Notes: generated by a model not told the origin, from the letters alone. 64,000 nt of DNA from Candidatus Zhuqueibacterota bacterium (GCA_049322915.1 JBMOPW010000014.1:954774-1018773); one strand, 5' to 3'; counted from the stretch's first letter, positions 11,201-21,675 are shown. Translations and numbers: made by a program.

Positions 11201-11801
11201 GAGAGCCTATTACGATCAGTCCGTCACCACGCGCGTGAATTTCCAGGTGCGATTGTACGAGACGTCGGATTTGATCGAATTCCATTACGGGCCGGTTGTT
11301 CGGGGCACATTCGGTGGCGGAGATGCCGGCGCCATGATTGGCTTTAAAGATCATATTGGCGGCGACTACCATTTTTACGATATCGCTGCAGGTGGAATGG
11401 GTTTAGCCGGCGAAATTGTCACACATTTAAGTCCGCTCACAGATTGGCCCGGGCCGGATAGCTGCTATGTCATTCAAACCATCACGACAGATACGGTTCT
11501 GGATGACGATTCATCGCTGCCAACGACAATCGCCCTGCACCAGAATTATCCCAACCCATTCAACCTATCGACCACTATTCAGTTCGATTTGCCCGGAACA
11601 ATGCGCGTCACGCTGAAAATTTATAACACGCTGGGACAGGAAGTGAAGACGCTGACGGACGACGTCTTGCATGCCGGCAGAAAATCCATCGTGTGGAATG
11701 GGAAAGATCAGACCGGAAGAGTGGTCGGCTCCGGAGTATATCTGGTGCAACTACGCGCCGGCCACGAGACCATCACCCGCAAGATGATGGTCGTGAAATA
11801 G
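8232..11801 (+). CDS. Secreted BNR/Asp-box (VPS10/GH74-like) beta-propeller protein with FlgD-Ig/sorting domain
   Basis: Repeated S/T-x-D-x-G-x-T-W Asp-boxes and a QNYPNPFN tail. Confidence 0.8.
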   Translation: MKNKSMQIAVAIIMGAILLPMLAVYLDFKSRQHSGNDQPRMSGAMEALNFWTRSRAYPGKDISVDKHLKAYEKVKMQLKKGAVDDSEWKPFGPHNVPGRMIALAVNPQNGNTLYAGSASGGLWRTFSAATGGNWERVTTGFPTLGVMAIAIDPSDSNNIFIGTGEVYGFDQSIGSTAVRTMRGSYGIGILKTEDGGDTWEASLDWKYHQQRGVQCIRINPLNPKTVFAATSEGIYRSLDAGETWHNVLEVLMGEDIIINPADTNLVIVSCGNLGSPGAGLYRSTDAGTNWDAVTGIPSYTGKTLMDRYGSDPNIIFASVADSLNGIGLFRTNNFGVSWTQVYNCFTNSDIPTYQGWFSHWVAVHPNDVSQVIYAGVPINKSNNGGISFQEIGGPHVDHHNYAHDPYDPNVIYIACDGGVYRSNNFGESYQDLGSGLQTGQFYNGFSSSSSDSNLAIGGFQDNGVNLYSGEIDGWTTVIGGDGCWTAINPLNDNIIYGEWQYNNLMKSENRGQSFASAATGLIDGNVAFVAPFIISPSNPSILYSGRSRIYKTTNGASQWFATNRNVPLDGNPALSMAISATNPDVVYVGTAPVYNSPHIFRTSDGGDTWVNVTRFLPDRYPMDIAVDPNDDKTVYVAFGGFDSGHVFKTTNSGEYWMDITGTLPDIPTSSVAIDPLNSNHVYVGNDLGVYVSTDGGMTWEDFSSGLPEAVMAMDLNISASNRSLRVATHGNGVYQKPLVYKPEIYLLFSLDPFPSVVLEGAEIEFAAYVTNMGTGRLTETSAAQVRVVDHSENEVFTDTKSFENLGPKETQRIQFDNNFVAQNLGIYTVQFIYTGAAPSSVADTIEQVVSVVTAPTIARAGVEKEYRAYDEISGGTVLPFGDDSYAQLYLPFVFSFDQWDYNKIQICSNGWCEFGVGQDGSERGLSTAQQIGTIGANENGRLAGTARPSKSLGPWWEDLNPEDSRNPGQVSYRTIGIAPHRIFIIQWKNMRAYYDQSVTTRVNFQVRLYETSDLIEFHYGPVVRGTFGGGDAGAMIGFKDHIGGDYHFYDIAAGGMGLAGEIVTHLSPLTDWPGPDSCYVIQTITTDTVLDDDSSLPTTIALHQNYPNPFNLSTTIQFDLPGTMRVTLKIYNTLGQEVKTLTDDVLHAGRKSIVWNGKDQTGRVVGSGVYLVQLRAGHETITRKMMVVK

Positions 11802-11995
11802 CAGTTAATGATTCAATCGACGATGCCAATTCCTGAAAATCGGACAGGCGCCGGGGTGTTTCATGCCTTTATACCAATTTATTCAAGCAGCATAGAGGCA
11901 TGGAATTCCTTCCGATGACGCTGCCGCAGTTGAAAGTCAAAAAAATAGTCGCCGGTAAAATTGTGGAGAGCGATTGGCAGGCGATAAGGTCGCGC

Positions 11996-13930
11996 TTAAT
12001 CCCAGAATTCCCAGCGCAGGCCATAGTGCAGGGTTCTGCCGCTCATGGGATAGCCATAGACCATTTGATAGTCTGTATCGATGAGATTTTCGAGCGTGAA
12101 ATACATTTTCAGGTTGCCGAAATCCACGAGGGCGTTGGCATTCAGGAGAAAGACAGACGCCAGCGTTTGATTGGAAGATACAAAATAATAGGGATGGGAC
12201 ATGGCGCTGGTCCGCTCGCTGTAATAGCGCGCTTCGAGACGGAGCGTTGGCTGCAAATCATTTTCGAAAAAGCTGTCCGAATATTGCAGGTAGCTTATGG
12301 CTGAAAATTGTGGGTAATTGCCGGGCGCCGAGCCACGGACGCCGGAGAGATAACAGGACATCTGCAATTTTTTCGAGAACATCCAGTTGGCCTGAATGTC
12401 CGCGCCAATAAATTTCCGGTCCCCTGAATTCGTGCAGATCGCTTTCACAGAGTCGATGGATTCGAAAGCGATTGGATTGTGAATGGTCTTCAGATAGGCT
12501 TCCGCGAGAATTTCCAGCTCAGGGGTCGGCTGCCACCTGACGCCGGTTGAGATCGCGCGATGTATTTCCTGGCTCAGATTGCTGTTGCCGGTAAAGTTGG
12601 TTTGCCCATACAATTGAAACAGCGTGGGGTAATTGATGGAACTGTTGATCGCCCCGATCCATTTCAGTTTGCCGAATTTCAGAAAGCCAGACGCGCCGCC
12701 AGCCACGGATGAACCCTGGCCGCTGCGGAAGGTGTACGTCCCCAGCAGCCGCAATCCACGGGTTTCCCTCTGTAGCAAATCATCCATCAGGTAGATGGAA
12801 CCCTGATCCGCCCGACGTTTCCCCACATCATCGCTCGTGACCCATTCATGGCAAAAATTCGCTCCGGCTGTCCATGCCTGTCCGAACAGGGAGTCGCTGA
12901 TTTGCGTCGTCATGCCGGCATAGTTGCCGTCATTTTGAGCGTCCATGTTCGCATCGGAATCGGTGCGGGTCTGGTTCTGATCGCTGTAATAAAACGTGCT
13001 GACAAAATTTGGAACAGTGGAATCAAGGACATGCCCTTTCACGGTCAATGTCTGATCCAACCGGCCAATTTTTTCCACCGCATTCGGGGTCGCCAGCGTG
13101 TCGTTGGCCATCAGAGGCCCTGGCGCACGACGCGCCAATTTATTATGGAGCCAGGAATATTCGATCGCCCAGGTGGCCGAAGGGAAATAGAACACTTTGC
13201 CGCGGAAATTCTGCAAGTCCGAATTGTAGGCTGCGCTCTCCCCATCGTATGACCGGAAAATTCCGCCCAACAAAAAATTCGCAGTCCGGGTCGCGCGCTG
13301 ACCAAACGTGATGTCCACGTCGCTGAAGCCAAGCCCGGCTTTGTGATACCCGACTCGCGAGTAGGGATTATTTTCAGTGAAGACATCGCTGGTGAGGGAG
13401 ACCATCTCGCCGTGAACGGAGGAAAGGGGCGAAGAAATGCCCTGCTCAATGGTCGCCGTGCGGATGAATTGAGCCGGAATGAAATTCAGATCCATGCCGC
13501 CGTAAATGGGATCGTAGAGGGGACGGCCGTCCAGGAACAGATGGGTCTGGACGGGTAGACTGCCATGCCTGCCAATTCCTAAGTGTTGGCCGGAGTTCCC
13601 CCGATCGAACAGGAATAATCCCGGGGCGTATTCAAAATAGGTTCCCAGGTCCTCTTCGAAGTGATGGCGAATGTGAGATTTTGATTTTTCCCAGAACGAA
13701 GAGAAGGCGCTTTTTACCGTGGTGTCCTTGAACGCGATCGCTGCGGCCGGATGTCCCTTCAGTTTGAGCAGAGAATCCGGTTTGACCACAAAGGTGTCCT
13801 GCCGGGCAACGCACAAGCGCCGTCCTGATGCATCTTTGGCAAACGAGCCGTTGCCGGGCAACAAGAATGCAGCAGAGACGAAAATGGCCAGCACTGTGCC
13901 CGGTAATGTGTATCGGTTCCTGGAATTCAC
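11996..13930 (-). CDS. TonB-dependent-receptor-like outer membrane beta-barrel
   Basis: Plug-like segment (LFLDGRPL...DLNFIP) and C-terminal ENLIDTDY...GRTLHYGLRWEF beta-signal. Confidence 0.7.
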   Translation of the reverse strand: MNSRNRYTLPGTVLAIFVSAAFLLPGNGSFAKDASGRRLCVARQDTFVVKPDSLLKLKGHPAAAIAFKDTTVKSAFSSFWEKSKSHIRHHFEEDLGTYFEYAPGLFLFDRGNSGQHLGIGRHGSLPVQTHLFLDGRPLYDPIYGGMDLNFIPAQFIRTATIEQGISSPLSSVHGEMVSLTSDVFTENNPYSRVGYHKAGLGFSDVDITFGQRATRTANFLLGGIFRSYDGESAAYNSDLQNFRGKVFYFPSATWAIEYSWLHNKLARRAPGPLMANDTLATPNAVEKIGRLDQTLTVKGHVLDSTVPNFVSTFYYSDQNQTRTDSDANMDAQNDGNYAGMTTQISDSLFGQAWTAGANFCHEWVTSDDVGKRRADQGSIYLMDDLLQRETRGLRLLGTYTFRSGQGSSVAGGASGFLKFGKLKWIGAINSSINYPTLFQLYGQTNFTGNSNLSQEIHRAISTGVRWQPTPELEILAEAYLKTIHNPIAFESIDSVKAICTNSGDRKFIGADIQANWMFSKKLQMSCYLSGVRGSAPGNYPQFSAISYLQYSDSFFENDLQPTLRLEARYYSERTSAMSHPYYFVSSNQTLASVFLLNANALVDFGNLKMYFTLENLIDTDYQMVYGYPMSGRTLHYGLRWEFWD

Positions 13931-14072
13931 GATAAATTTCTCTTTTCATGTCCGAATGGGTGAATGCGCCGAACGGGACGCAGTGACGCTTCGCTATCAA
14001 GCCCGGCAAGCGATGGATGCCGCCGTTCAACCAATGTCCTGTTCCGGCCTGGTTGAACGGCTTCCCCTCCGG

Positions 14073-14990
14073 TTACTGATTTTTACCAGACATTCGGTGA
14101 ATTGTATTCTTGATGATATAATTTACCATTTTGGGATTTTCGCGCAAGCGTCGCACGGAATAGGCGAACCACTCTTTGCCGAACGGCACGTACACGCGGA
14201 GTCGGTGTCCTGAATTGACGATAATCCTCCGCAATTCCGGATCAACGCCCAGCAGCATCTGAAATTCGTACTGATTGGGTTTTAACTTCAATCGGTCAAT
14301 GAGCTTCAAACCTTCAAACACAAGTTTTTCATCATGCGTGGCAATGGCGACATAGCATTTATTGGACAGCAATTTCTCCATCATGTAGCGATAGCTTTCA
14401 GTCACAATCTCCGGGTCTTTGTACACCACGTCGCGTTTTTCCCAATAGTACGCGCCTTTGCACAGCCGGAGATTGGCTTTATGAGGGATGAGGTCATTCA
14501 CATCCCCGATTAAACGCCGCAGGTACGATTGAATGGCGGTTCCCACATTATCAAAATCTTTGTGTAATTTCAAAAAAACTTCCAGAGTATCATCCACGCA
14601 GGAAGAGTCTTCAATATCGATGCGGACAAAATTGTTCAGTTTTTTGGCTTCCTCGACCAGAGTTCTGATGTTATTGTAGCAGAATTCTTTATCGATCTTC
14701 AAACCCATGTGCGTCGGTTTCACGGAGACATTGGAGTCCAATTTTTCGTCATGGATGGTGTGTAAAATATTCTTGTAAGTCTCCATAGCTTTCAACGCAT
14801 CTTCTTTATTCTTCACTTCTTCACCCAATAAATCCAGCGTCGCACAGATACCCTGAGCATTCAATTCCTTGATTTTACGAATGGCATCTTCCAATTTTTC
14901 TCCGGCAATGTACTGTCGGGAAACGATTCCAACAAGCGGTTTCGGGACAAAAGGCAGTATAGCGGCAATTAAATTGTTGAACCAGATCAT
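14073..14990 (-). CDS. Monofunctional proline dehydrogenase
   Basis: Motifs YIAGE, LDLLGE, SVKPT, RLCKGAY, ATHD, EFQMLLG, YVPFG, RRLRENP. Start moved to the ATG at 14990, which follows an SD GGAGG. Confidence 0.92.
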   Translation of the reverse strand: MIWFNNLIAAILPFVPKPLVGIVSRQYIAGEKLEDAIRKIKELNAQGICATLDLLGEEVKNKEDALKAMETYKNILHTIHDEKLDSNVSVKPTHMGLKIDKEFCYNNIRTLVEEAKKLNNFVRIDIEDSSCVDDTLEVFLKLHKDFDNVGTAIQSYLRRLIGDVNDLIPHKANLRLCKGAYYWEKRDVVYKDPEIVTESYRYMMEKLLSNKCYVAIATHDEKLVFEGLKLIDRLKLKPNQYEFQMLLGVDPELRRIIVNSGHRLRVYVPFGKEWFAYSVRRLRENPKMVNYIIKNTIHRMSGKNQ

Positions 14991-15339
14991 CGAACCCTCC
15001 ATTTTAATTAGGATCTGAAATTCTGAACAGAACATTTGGCATCACGGATTGGGCGGATGCACTGACAGCATGCAATGCCTCGGAGATATTTGGCAGGTTG
15101 ATCCAAAAAAACCGTTATCGTTGCATGCATCTCCATTGACCCAATTCGAAAACAAATCATGAAGAATGAAGCATATCCAACCAGGATGGAAATTCATAAC
15201 ACGGAAAATAAAAATTTATTTCAAATAAAGCAAGAGATTTTCTTGAGGCGCCGGTCTCATCCCGGTCTGGTGGTAAAATGCGGTGTTACAGCGGCGGAGT
15301 TTGGCCGAGAGGAGAGTCTCTGATCGGTTCGGAGTCTGT

Positions 15340-17085
15340 TTAATATTTTTTGTGATAGCGATTGGTGATGGGCATGCGACGATCCCGGCCAAATGCCCGC
15401 GGTGTAATTTTAATGCCCGGGGGGCCCTGTCGGCGTTTGTACTCGCTCATATCCACCAGATGAATCACTTTGCGCACGGTTCGTTCGTCGAACCCAGCCG
15501 CGACAACCTGTTCGACCGTGGCGTTATTCTCGACGTACTCGACCAAAATGGGATCGAGAATGTCGTAGGGGGGCAGGCTATCTTCATCCTTCTGGTTCGG
15601 CCGCAGCTCGGCTGATGGCGGTTTGGCAATTGTATTTTGTGGGATGACTTCTCTGCCGCGCGTCTCGTTCAACAACTGAGAAAGCTGATACACCACTGTT
15701 TTTGGCACATCCTTGATCACAGCCAGGCCGCCGGCCATGTCGCCATAAAGTGTGCAATAGCCCACGCTCACCTCGCTTTTGTTGCCGGTTGTGAGAGCCA
15801 GCCAGCCAAATTTATTTGACAGCGCCATGATGATATTGCCACGGATTCGGGCCTGAATATTCTCTTCAGCAATGTCAAAGGGTCGGTTGGCGAACGGTTC
15901 CCTGAGCATCGACTGGTACTGCTCAAAGGTTTCCTGGATGGGGATTGTCAGGAAGGTGATGTTGAGGTTTCTGGCAAGCGCCTCGGCGTCGGTTTTGCTC
16001 GATTCGCTGGAAAAGATGGACGGCATACTCACGCCGATGACGTTCTCCGCTCCCAGCGCATCGACGGAAATGGCCGCGGTGAGCGCGGAATCGATGCCGC
16101 CGCTGAGTCCCAGCACGACCTTGCTGAAGCCGTTCTTGCGGACATAATCCCGGGTACCCAGCACCAGCGCGCGATAAATTTCTTCCACCGGATCGAGTTT
16201 GGCCACCGAGGTTGCCGGAACAGGGGGGCGCTCAGAGCCGGTCGTCGGCGTCTGAATAGCGAGGAAGTCGTGTTTGAACGGCGGGATGAACTGGCTTTTC
16301 CTTTGTTGAAAGGACCGATCGGACGCGCGGGCATTTCGGATCCTCTCCACATCGATATCGCACACAACCAGGTCCGGCTCGAATTGTTTTCCGCGCAAAA
16401 CGATGGCGCCGTTCTCGTCGAGAATCAGGCTGTTCCCGTCGAAGACCAATTCGTCCTGGCCTCCCACGATGTTCACGTAGCAGATGGCCGCCCGATTGTG
16501 CATGGCGCGATGTTTGAGCAATTGTTCCCGTTCGGCCACCTTGCCGTAGTGAAACGGAGATGCTGAAATGTTGAGGATCACCTCGGCATTGGCTGTGAGC
16601 GCCTGAGTCTCGGTCACGCTGTCTTTGATCCAGATATCCTCGCAGATGTTCAACCCGATCGCGACCCCGGCCACTTCAAATACCAGCGGCCGATTGCCGG
16701 GCTCGAAGTACCGCTTTTCATCGAACACGCTGTAGTTGGGCAGAAAAATTTTATGATAAACGCCAGCCACCCGGCCATCTGAGAGAACGGCAGCGGCATT
16801 GTAAATTTTTTCGTGAATGGAATCGGCAAATCCGATAATAGCCGTGATTCCAGAGGCGTCGCGCGCAATCTGCTGGAGACAATCAACATTATCACGAATG
16901 AACTGCGGTCGAAGCAGCAGGTCCTCCGGCGGATAGCCGGTGATCGCCAATTCCGGAAAGGCGACGATGTCGGCGCGCTGCGCTTTTGCTGATTCAATCG
17001 TGCGTCGGATGATCGCGGCATTGCCCTGAAAATCGCCCACAGTGACATTCACCTGGGCTAATGCAATTCGAAGAGGTTGTGGCAT
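15340..17085 (-). CDS. nadE: Glutamine-dependent NAD+ synthetase
   Basis: Nitrilase domain (FPEL, K, ICEDIW) plus synthetase domain (GLSGGIDS, NIQARIR, TGNKSE, PSAEL, EYKRRQ). Confidence 0.96.
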   Translation of the reverse strand: MPQPLRIALAQVNVTVGDFQGNAAIIRRTIESAKAQRADIVAFPELAITGYPPEDLLLRPQFIRDNVDCLQQIARDASGITAIIGFADSIHEKIYNAAAVLSDGRVAGVYHKIFLPNYSVFDEKRYFEPGNRPLVFEVAGVAIGLNICEDIWIKDSVTETQALTANAEVILNISASPFHYGKVAEREQLLKHRAMHNRAAICYVNIVGGQDELVFDGNSLILDENGAIVLRGKQFEPDLVVCDIDVERIRNARASDRSFQQRKSQFIPPFKHDFLAIQTPTTGSERPPVPATSVAKLDPVEEIYRALVLGTRDYVRKNGFSKVVLGLSGGIDSALTAAISVDALGAENVIGVSMPSIFSSESSKTDAEALARNLNITFLTIPIQETFEQYQSMLREPFANRPFDIAEENIQARIRGNIIMALSNKFGWLALTTGNKSEVSVGYCTLYGDMAGGLAVIKDVPKTVVYQLSQLLNETRGREVIPQNTIAKPPSAELRPNQKDEDSLPPYDILDPILVEYVENNATVEQVVAAGFDERTVRKVIHLVDMSEYKRRQGPPGIKITPRAFGRDRRMPITNRYHKKY

Positions 17086-17100
17086 AATAATCCCTGAACG

Positions 17101-17514
17101 TTATTCGCCCATGGCTTTGATGATGACGCGCTTGCGTCGCATGCCATCAAATTCAGCGTAGTAAATTTGCTGCCACGGTCCCAGGTCCAACGCGCCGTTG
17201 GTAACCGGCACAATCACTTCGTGACCGATGAGCAGGTTCTTTAAGTGAGCATCGCCGTTGTCCTCGCCGGTGCGATGGTGGCGATACGGCAGACCCTCCG
17301 GAGCGAGCTTCTGCAGCCAGTCTTCGATGTCCTGAATCAGCCCGGATTCCGCGTCATTGATGTAGACGCCGGCAGTAATGTGCATGGCCGAGACCAGGAT
17401 CATCCCGTCCTGAATGCCGCTCTGGCTCAGTGCGTGTTCGACCTCGTGCGTGATATTGACGAAATCACGTCTATGCGGCGTGTTGAACCAAAGGTAATGA
17501 GTGAAAAATTTCAT
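17101..17514 (-). CDS. yjbQ: YjbQ/UPF0047 family protein
   Basis: Motifs [36 protein letters not shown]. Confidence 0.9.
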   Translation of the reverse strand: MKFFTHYLWFNTPHRRDFVNITHEVEHALSQSGIQDGMILVSAMHITAGVYINDAESGLIQDIEDWLQKLAPEGLPYRHHRTGEDNGDAHLKNLLIGHEVIVPVTNGALDLGPWQQIYYAEFDGMRRKRVIIKAMGE

Positions 17515-17656
17515 GTCCGTTGACCTTTAAGTCAGTGATGCGGGGAAATAGTTGCCCAAAAGGAGATATGATTGAACCCTTGTTTTTGCAAATCGCTGAA
17601 CCACAGGTGTGGAGAATCAATCGTTAAAACAGGCATGAACCGCATGGGCAGGATGC

Positions 17657-18160
17657 TCAATTCATTTCGCCCAGAATGAGCAACTCACGCTCGGATAGCG
17701 TCTGATTGATCCCATCGATGAGATCGAATAAGTGATTCATGAAATCGCAGCCTTCGGATTCCAGATCGACTTTGCCCATTTCCTGGACTTCTTCGGAAAA
17801 AATTTGAACCTGTTTTTTGAGTTGAATTTCATACTCATAAAGTCGTTGCAGAGTTCCGGGGAAAATTTTTGCGGGAACCGAGATTTGGTACACAGGGTTC
17901 TGAAGAGACCGCAATACTGTTTTCAGTGTTGTGGAAACCTTGGTAAACGTTTCGCGGCACACAGCACTTTTGTTCTGTTCAATTTTTTGATTGTAGGAAG
18001 CGATTTGTTTTTCAACGTTTTTCAATTGCTCTGAAAAAAACTCTCTCAATCGACGGTCGGTTTGTTGGCGGGATTTGGCAACCTGGTACCCGCTGTAACC
18101 GCGAATGGTCTTCATAAGATCGTTCTCTAACGTTTCGGCAGATTGAAAATTGCTCTTCAT
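17657..18160 (-). CDS. Hypothetical helical protein
   Basis: ORF with SD GGAG before the ATG at 18160; the IRGYSGY...RQQTDRRLRE segment looks protein-like. Confidence 0.7.
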   Translation of the reverse strand: MKSNFQSAETLENDLMKTIRGYSGYQVAKSRQQTDRRLREFFSEQLKNVEKQIASYNQKIEQNKSAVCRETFTKVSTTLKTVLRSLQNPVYQISVPAKIFPGTLQRLYEYEIQLKKQVQIFSEEVQEMGKVDLESEGCDFMNHLFDLIDGINQTLSERELLILGEMN

Positions 18161-19202
18161 GAAAAACTCCTTGATAGTTGTATATTTAAAACACGAATGA
18201 GTCCAACCTGGACAATCCCTCAAAGGCTGGAAAAGGCACAGTCCCCGGGGCTGAAAAACCTATGGCACGCGCTCTGTCGAAAGAAAACTTACAGGACGGG
18301 TCGCGTCCATCGTTCAGCTAATTTAAATTCAGATTACAGTAGCATAATGTGCAGTTCGCCTACAATCGCTTAACCCGCATTATTCATTGTTTTTCTGAAG
18401 GAAGCGGGATAACCTGAATGGTACATGATTTTCAATTAAGCAGATAAAACTGAGTTTGATTTTGTATATCCACTGAACAATTAGAAAGAAAAAAACTTAA
18501 CGACAGTTTTATCTAATTTTATGAATAATTCAGGTTAAATTGAACAGTATGATTTCAGAATGAGATGAGCCTATAAAATAAACCGTGACGCATTTTCGTT
18601 GGTCAGCAATGCACTGTGAGGATAAATAAAACTGACCCATGGTTCAAAGTCAAACGGCGCCTATCAAGGTATTCTTTATATTCATCGTATTCGTTTTATA
18701 GAACTTTAATAAAAATAATCGAGAACTCAGCTCAGAGCGTTTTTAGATTGAATTGTTGAAGGTGGGAACGGTTGTGTTTGAAGACCAACAACACAAAAGT
18801 AACAATCGATCTGCATTTATCCACAAGCAAATGAAGCAATTTTGGTGTTCCCTCATTGGTGGATTTTGTTCGTATATGATAACCACATGACGATATCAAT
18901 GAACACTATCTATTTGAATCACTGATAGATTAAATTTAAAATGCAACACCGATTGAAACGTACCGGGGATTTATGTAAACTATGTGCCAGAATCTGTTCA
19001 TGGTTTTTTCAAGCGAAAAAAGTTAAAGAAATTAATATTAAAAATCAAGGGTTTTTTTAGATTTTAAAATTTAAGTTCCAAGGCGCAGCATAACATACAG
19101 GCAGGATTTAAAAAGAGCTTGACTTTGTTTCTGAATATGTTTACAATAGCCAGGGATACCCTGAGATGATAGTAAAACCAGTCATAAAAAGAGGATAGGT
19201 TC

Positions 19203-20093
19203 ATGAAAAAGATCAATGGAGTCCTGGTTCTGGGAGTGACGCTTATGATGTCTGCCTGTGTTAACAAAACTGCGGATTGGGGGGAACTGAAAAATTATAT
19301 CACCAAAGAAATGGAGAAATATAGCGCGGTGGTTGCTGTGGCCTTTGAAGATTTGCAGACCGGTGAGACATTCTTTTTTAATGAGACCAGACAGATGCAC
19401 GCTGCAAGCACCATGAAGACGCCTGTGATGATCGAGGTGTTCAGGCAGATGGAACTGGGCAAATTCAGTCTGACTGATTCACTGCTAGTAAAAAATGAGT
19501 TCCGCAGTATTGTCGATAGCAGCGTCTATTCCCTGGACTTTGGAGAGGACAGCGATGATGCGGTGTATAAAAATCAGGGCAAAAAAATGAGCATCAACGA
19601 TCTGGTTTATCAGATGATCACCGTGAGCAGTAACTTTGCGACCAATTTGCTGGTGGATCTGGTATCCGCGAAAAATATCATGCAGACCATGAGCGAAATC
19701 GGGGCGAAGAATATTCAGGTGCTGCGCGGAGTCGAAGACCCAAAAGCGTACGAGCAGGGGTTGAATAACACCACGGATGCCTACGATATGATGCTGGTGA
19801 TGAAAGCCATTGCACTGAAGCAGGTAGCGACACCGGCGGCCTGCGAAAAGATGACCGCCGTTTTATTGGATCAAAAATTCAACAATAAAATACCGGCCCT
19901 TTTGCCCAAAGAGGTGAAAGTCGCGCACAAAACCGGCTCCATCACGCGCATCGACCATGATGCGGCCATTGTCTTTGTGAAGCCGGATCATGCCTGCGTG
20001 CTGGTCGTTCTCACGAGCGGTTTTGATCAGCACAAAGACGCGGAGCAGGTCATTGCTCAGATTTCAAAAATGATCTATGATAAAGTATCCTGA
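19203..20093 (+). CDS. Class A beta-lactamase-like serine hydrolase, lipoprotein
   Basis: Lipobox MSAC, SxxK (ASTMK), SSN, HKTG. Confidence 0.88.
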   Translation: MKKINGVLVLGVTLMMSACVNKTADWGELKNYITKEMEKYSAVVAVAFEDLQTGETFFFNETRQMHAASTMKTPVMIEVFRQMELGKFSLTDSLLVKNEFRSIVDSSVYSLDFGEDSDDAVYKNQGKKMSINDLVYQMITVSSNFATNLLVDLVSAKNIMQTMSEIGAKNIQVLRGVEDPKAYEQGLNNTTDAYDMMLVMKAIALKQVATPAACEKMTAVLLDQKFNNKIPALLPKEVKVAHKTGSITRIDHDAAIVFVKPDHACVLVVLTSGFDQHKDAEQVIAQISKMIYDKVS

Positions 20094-20140
20094 GCCCAAC
20101 ATCTGAATTTGCACTGACGGCGAAGACAGATTTCAGCCGA

Positions 20141-21445
20141 TTATTTGGGCAGACCTTTGCGGGCGACTTGTTCCACGACCTCGACGAAATAGTCCAGCTC
20201 TTCGATGGTGGTGTACACGCTCGGCGTCACCCGCACCCCTTTGAATTCATCGTGGACGATGGGCACGGTGAAAATTTTATGATTGTTGAACAGGTAGTCG
20301 CACAAGGCGCTCGGTTCAATTCCGTGAATATGAAAATTCGCCAATCCGCACGATTGCTCCGGATCAAGGGATGTATTGAAACCTGTTCCGGGGAAGGAAA
20401 CGACTTGCCTGGCCCAGTAATTTTTCAGGTACCGCAAGCGTTCCTCCTTTCGTTTCGGGCCGATCCCGTTATGAAAATGAATTGCCTGGGCAATTGCGAT
20501 TTCGATGGGAAATGACCTCGTGCCGAGCGCTTCGAACTTGCGGATATCGTTGCTGTTTGGCTCGGCCGGCGCGAATAGCGGCCAGAGTTTCTCGATTTTC
20601 TCCCGCTTCACCCAGAGCATACCGGTGCCGAACGGGGCGCAGAGCCATTTGTGCAGGCTGGTCCCGAAATAATCGCAATGCAGATCTGAGATGTTGTATT
20701 CGATATGGGCGAACGAGTGCGCAGCATCGACAATCACTTCAATGCCGTGGGTGTGCGCCATGTCGCAAATTTCCTGCACCGGGGTGATCTGGCCGGTTAA
20801 AAAGATGACGTGGCTGATCAGAATGACTTTCGTTTTTTTCGTGATAGCAGCTTCCAGAATCTTCGTGATTTCGTGGATGTCTTTCGGCGGCGTGGGCAGC
20901 GATACTGTTTTGAGGACGACTCCCCGCCGTTTTTCCAACTGGCGCAAGGCATTCATCATGTTGGGATAATCCTGGTTGGTGGTGAGAATCTCATCGCCGG
21001 CGTTCAACGTCAGTCCGAATATCACCGTTTCCAGCGCCTCTGTCGTATTTCTGCAAATGGCCACCTCTTCGGACTCGCAACCTGCCAGTTGCGCCAATCG
21101 CGTCCGAACTGTTTCCCTCATGGGCCCGAGGACGGTCCACATGGTGTATGCCGGCGCTTCATTGGCAAATTCGTTGTGTCGGACGAGCGCGTCCTGAACA
21201 ACTTTTGGCGAGGGACTGACACCGCCGTTGTTCAGATTGATGATTCCTCTGGCGTTGGTGAATGCCCGTTGAATTTCAAACCAGAAATCTTCATCGGATG
21301 CCACCTCGCCCGGCGACAGATGGGCGACCCGCGCCGAAGCAGCCTCTATTTCCGAAGTGAGTGCGGGGTTAAAATAGGATCTCGTCACCATGGCGCCGGT
21401 GAAAATTCCCATCTGCTTTATGAATTCTCGTCGTGAATTTTGCAT
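20141..21445 (-). CDS. Tat-exported class V PLP-dependent aminotransferase (isopenicillin-N-epimerase-like)
   Basis: Twin-arginine motif SRREFIK, DAAHSF, PLP lysine in SLHKWL. Confidence 0.88.
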   Translation of the reverse strand: MQNSRREFIKQMGIFTGAMVTRSYFNPALTSEIEAASARVAHLSPGEVASDEDFWFEIQRAFTNARGIINLNNGGVSPSPKVVQDALVRHNEFANEAPAYTMWTVLGPMRETVRTRLAQLAGCESEEVAICRNTTEALETVIFGLTLNAGDEILTTNQDYPNMMNALRQLEKRRGVVLKTVSLPTPPKDIHEITKILEAAITKKTKVILISHVIFLTGQITPVQEICDMAHTHGIEVIVDAAHSFAHIEYNISDLHCDYFGTSLHKWLCAPFGTGMLWVKREKIEKLWPLFAPAEPNSNDIRKFEALGTRSFPIEIAIAQAIHFHNGIGPKRKEERLRYLKNYWARQVVSFPGTGFNTSLDPEQSCGLANFHIHGIEPSALCDYLFNNHKIFTVPIVHDEFKGVRVTPSVYTTIEELDYFVEVVEQVARKGLPK

Positions 21446-21675
21446 GCCAAATTCCTTTGTTTTATCGATAGGGGTGAATGAAAAAGGGGAATTATGTCGT
21501 TCATCGATACGATGGATTGCCTAAATAAATAAATTAAACCCAGAATGTCAAGCTAAAAATTTCTAGTGACGCAAAGAAAAAATTTTAAAGGATGGGCGAT
21601 GAGAAATCGGGAACCTGACTGGGTGGTTTTCGGTAAGACAATAAAATCAATTATCGAATTGAGAAAGGGATCGTC

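Noticed and set aside
18974..18990. Sigma54-like motif CTGGCACATAGTTTACA on the minus strand
   Set aside because: The -12 GC is replaced by AC, and the nearest gene start is about 800 bp away.
19203..21445. Beta-lactam resistance or biosynthesis pair (beta-lactamase-like plus isopenicillin-epimerase-like)
   Set aside because: The genes are convergent, both families are widespread with other functions, and there are no ACV synthetase or IPNS genes.
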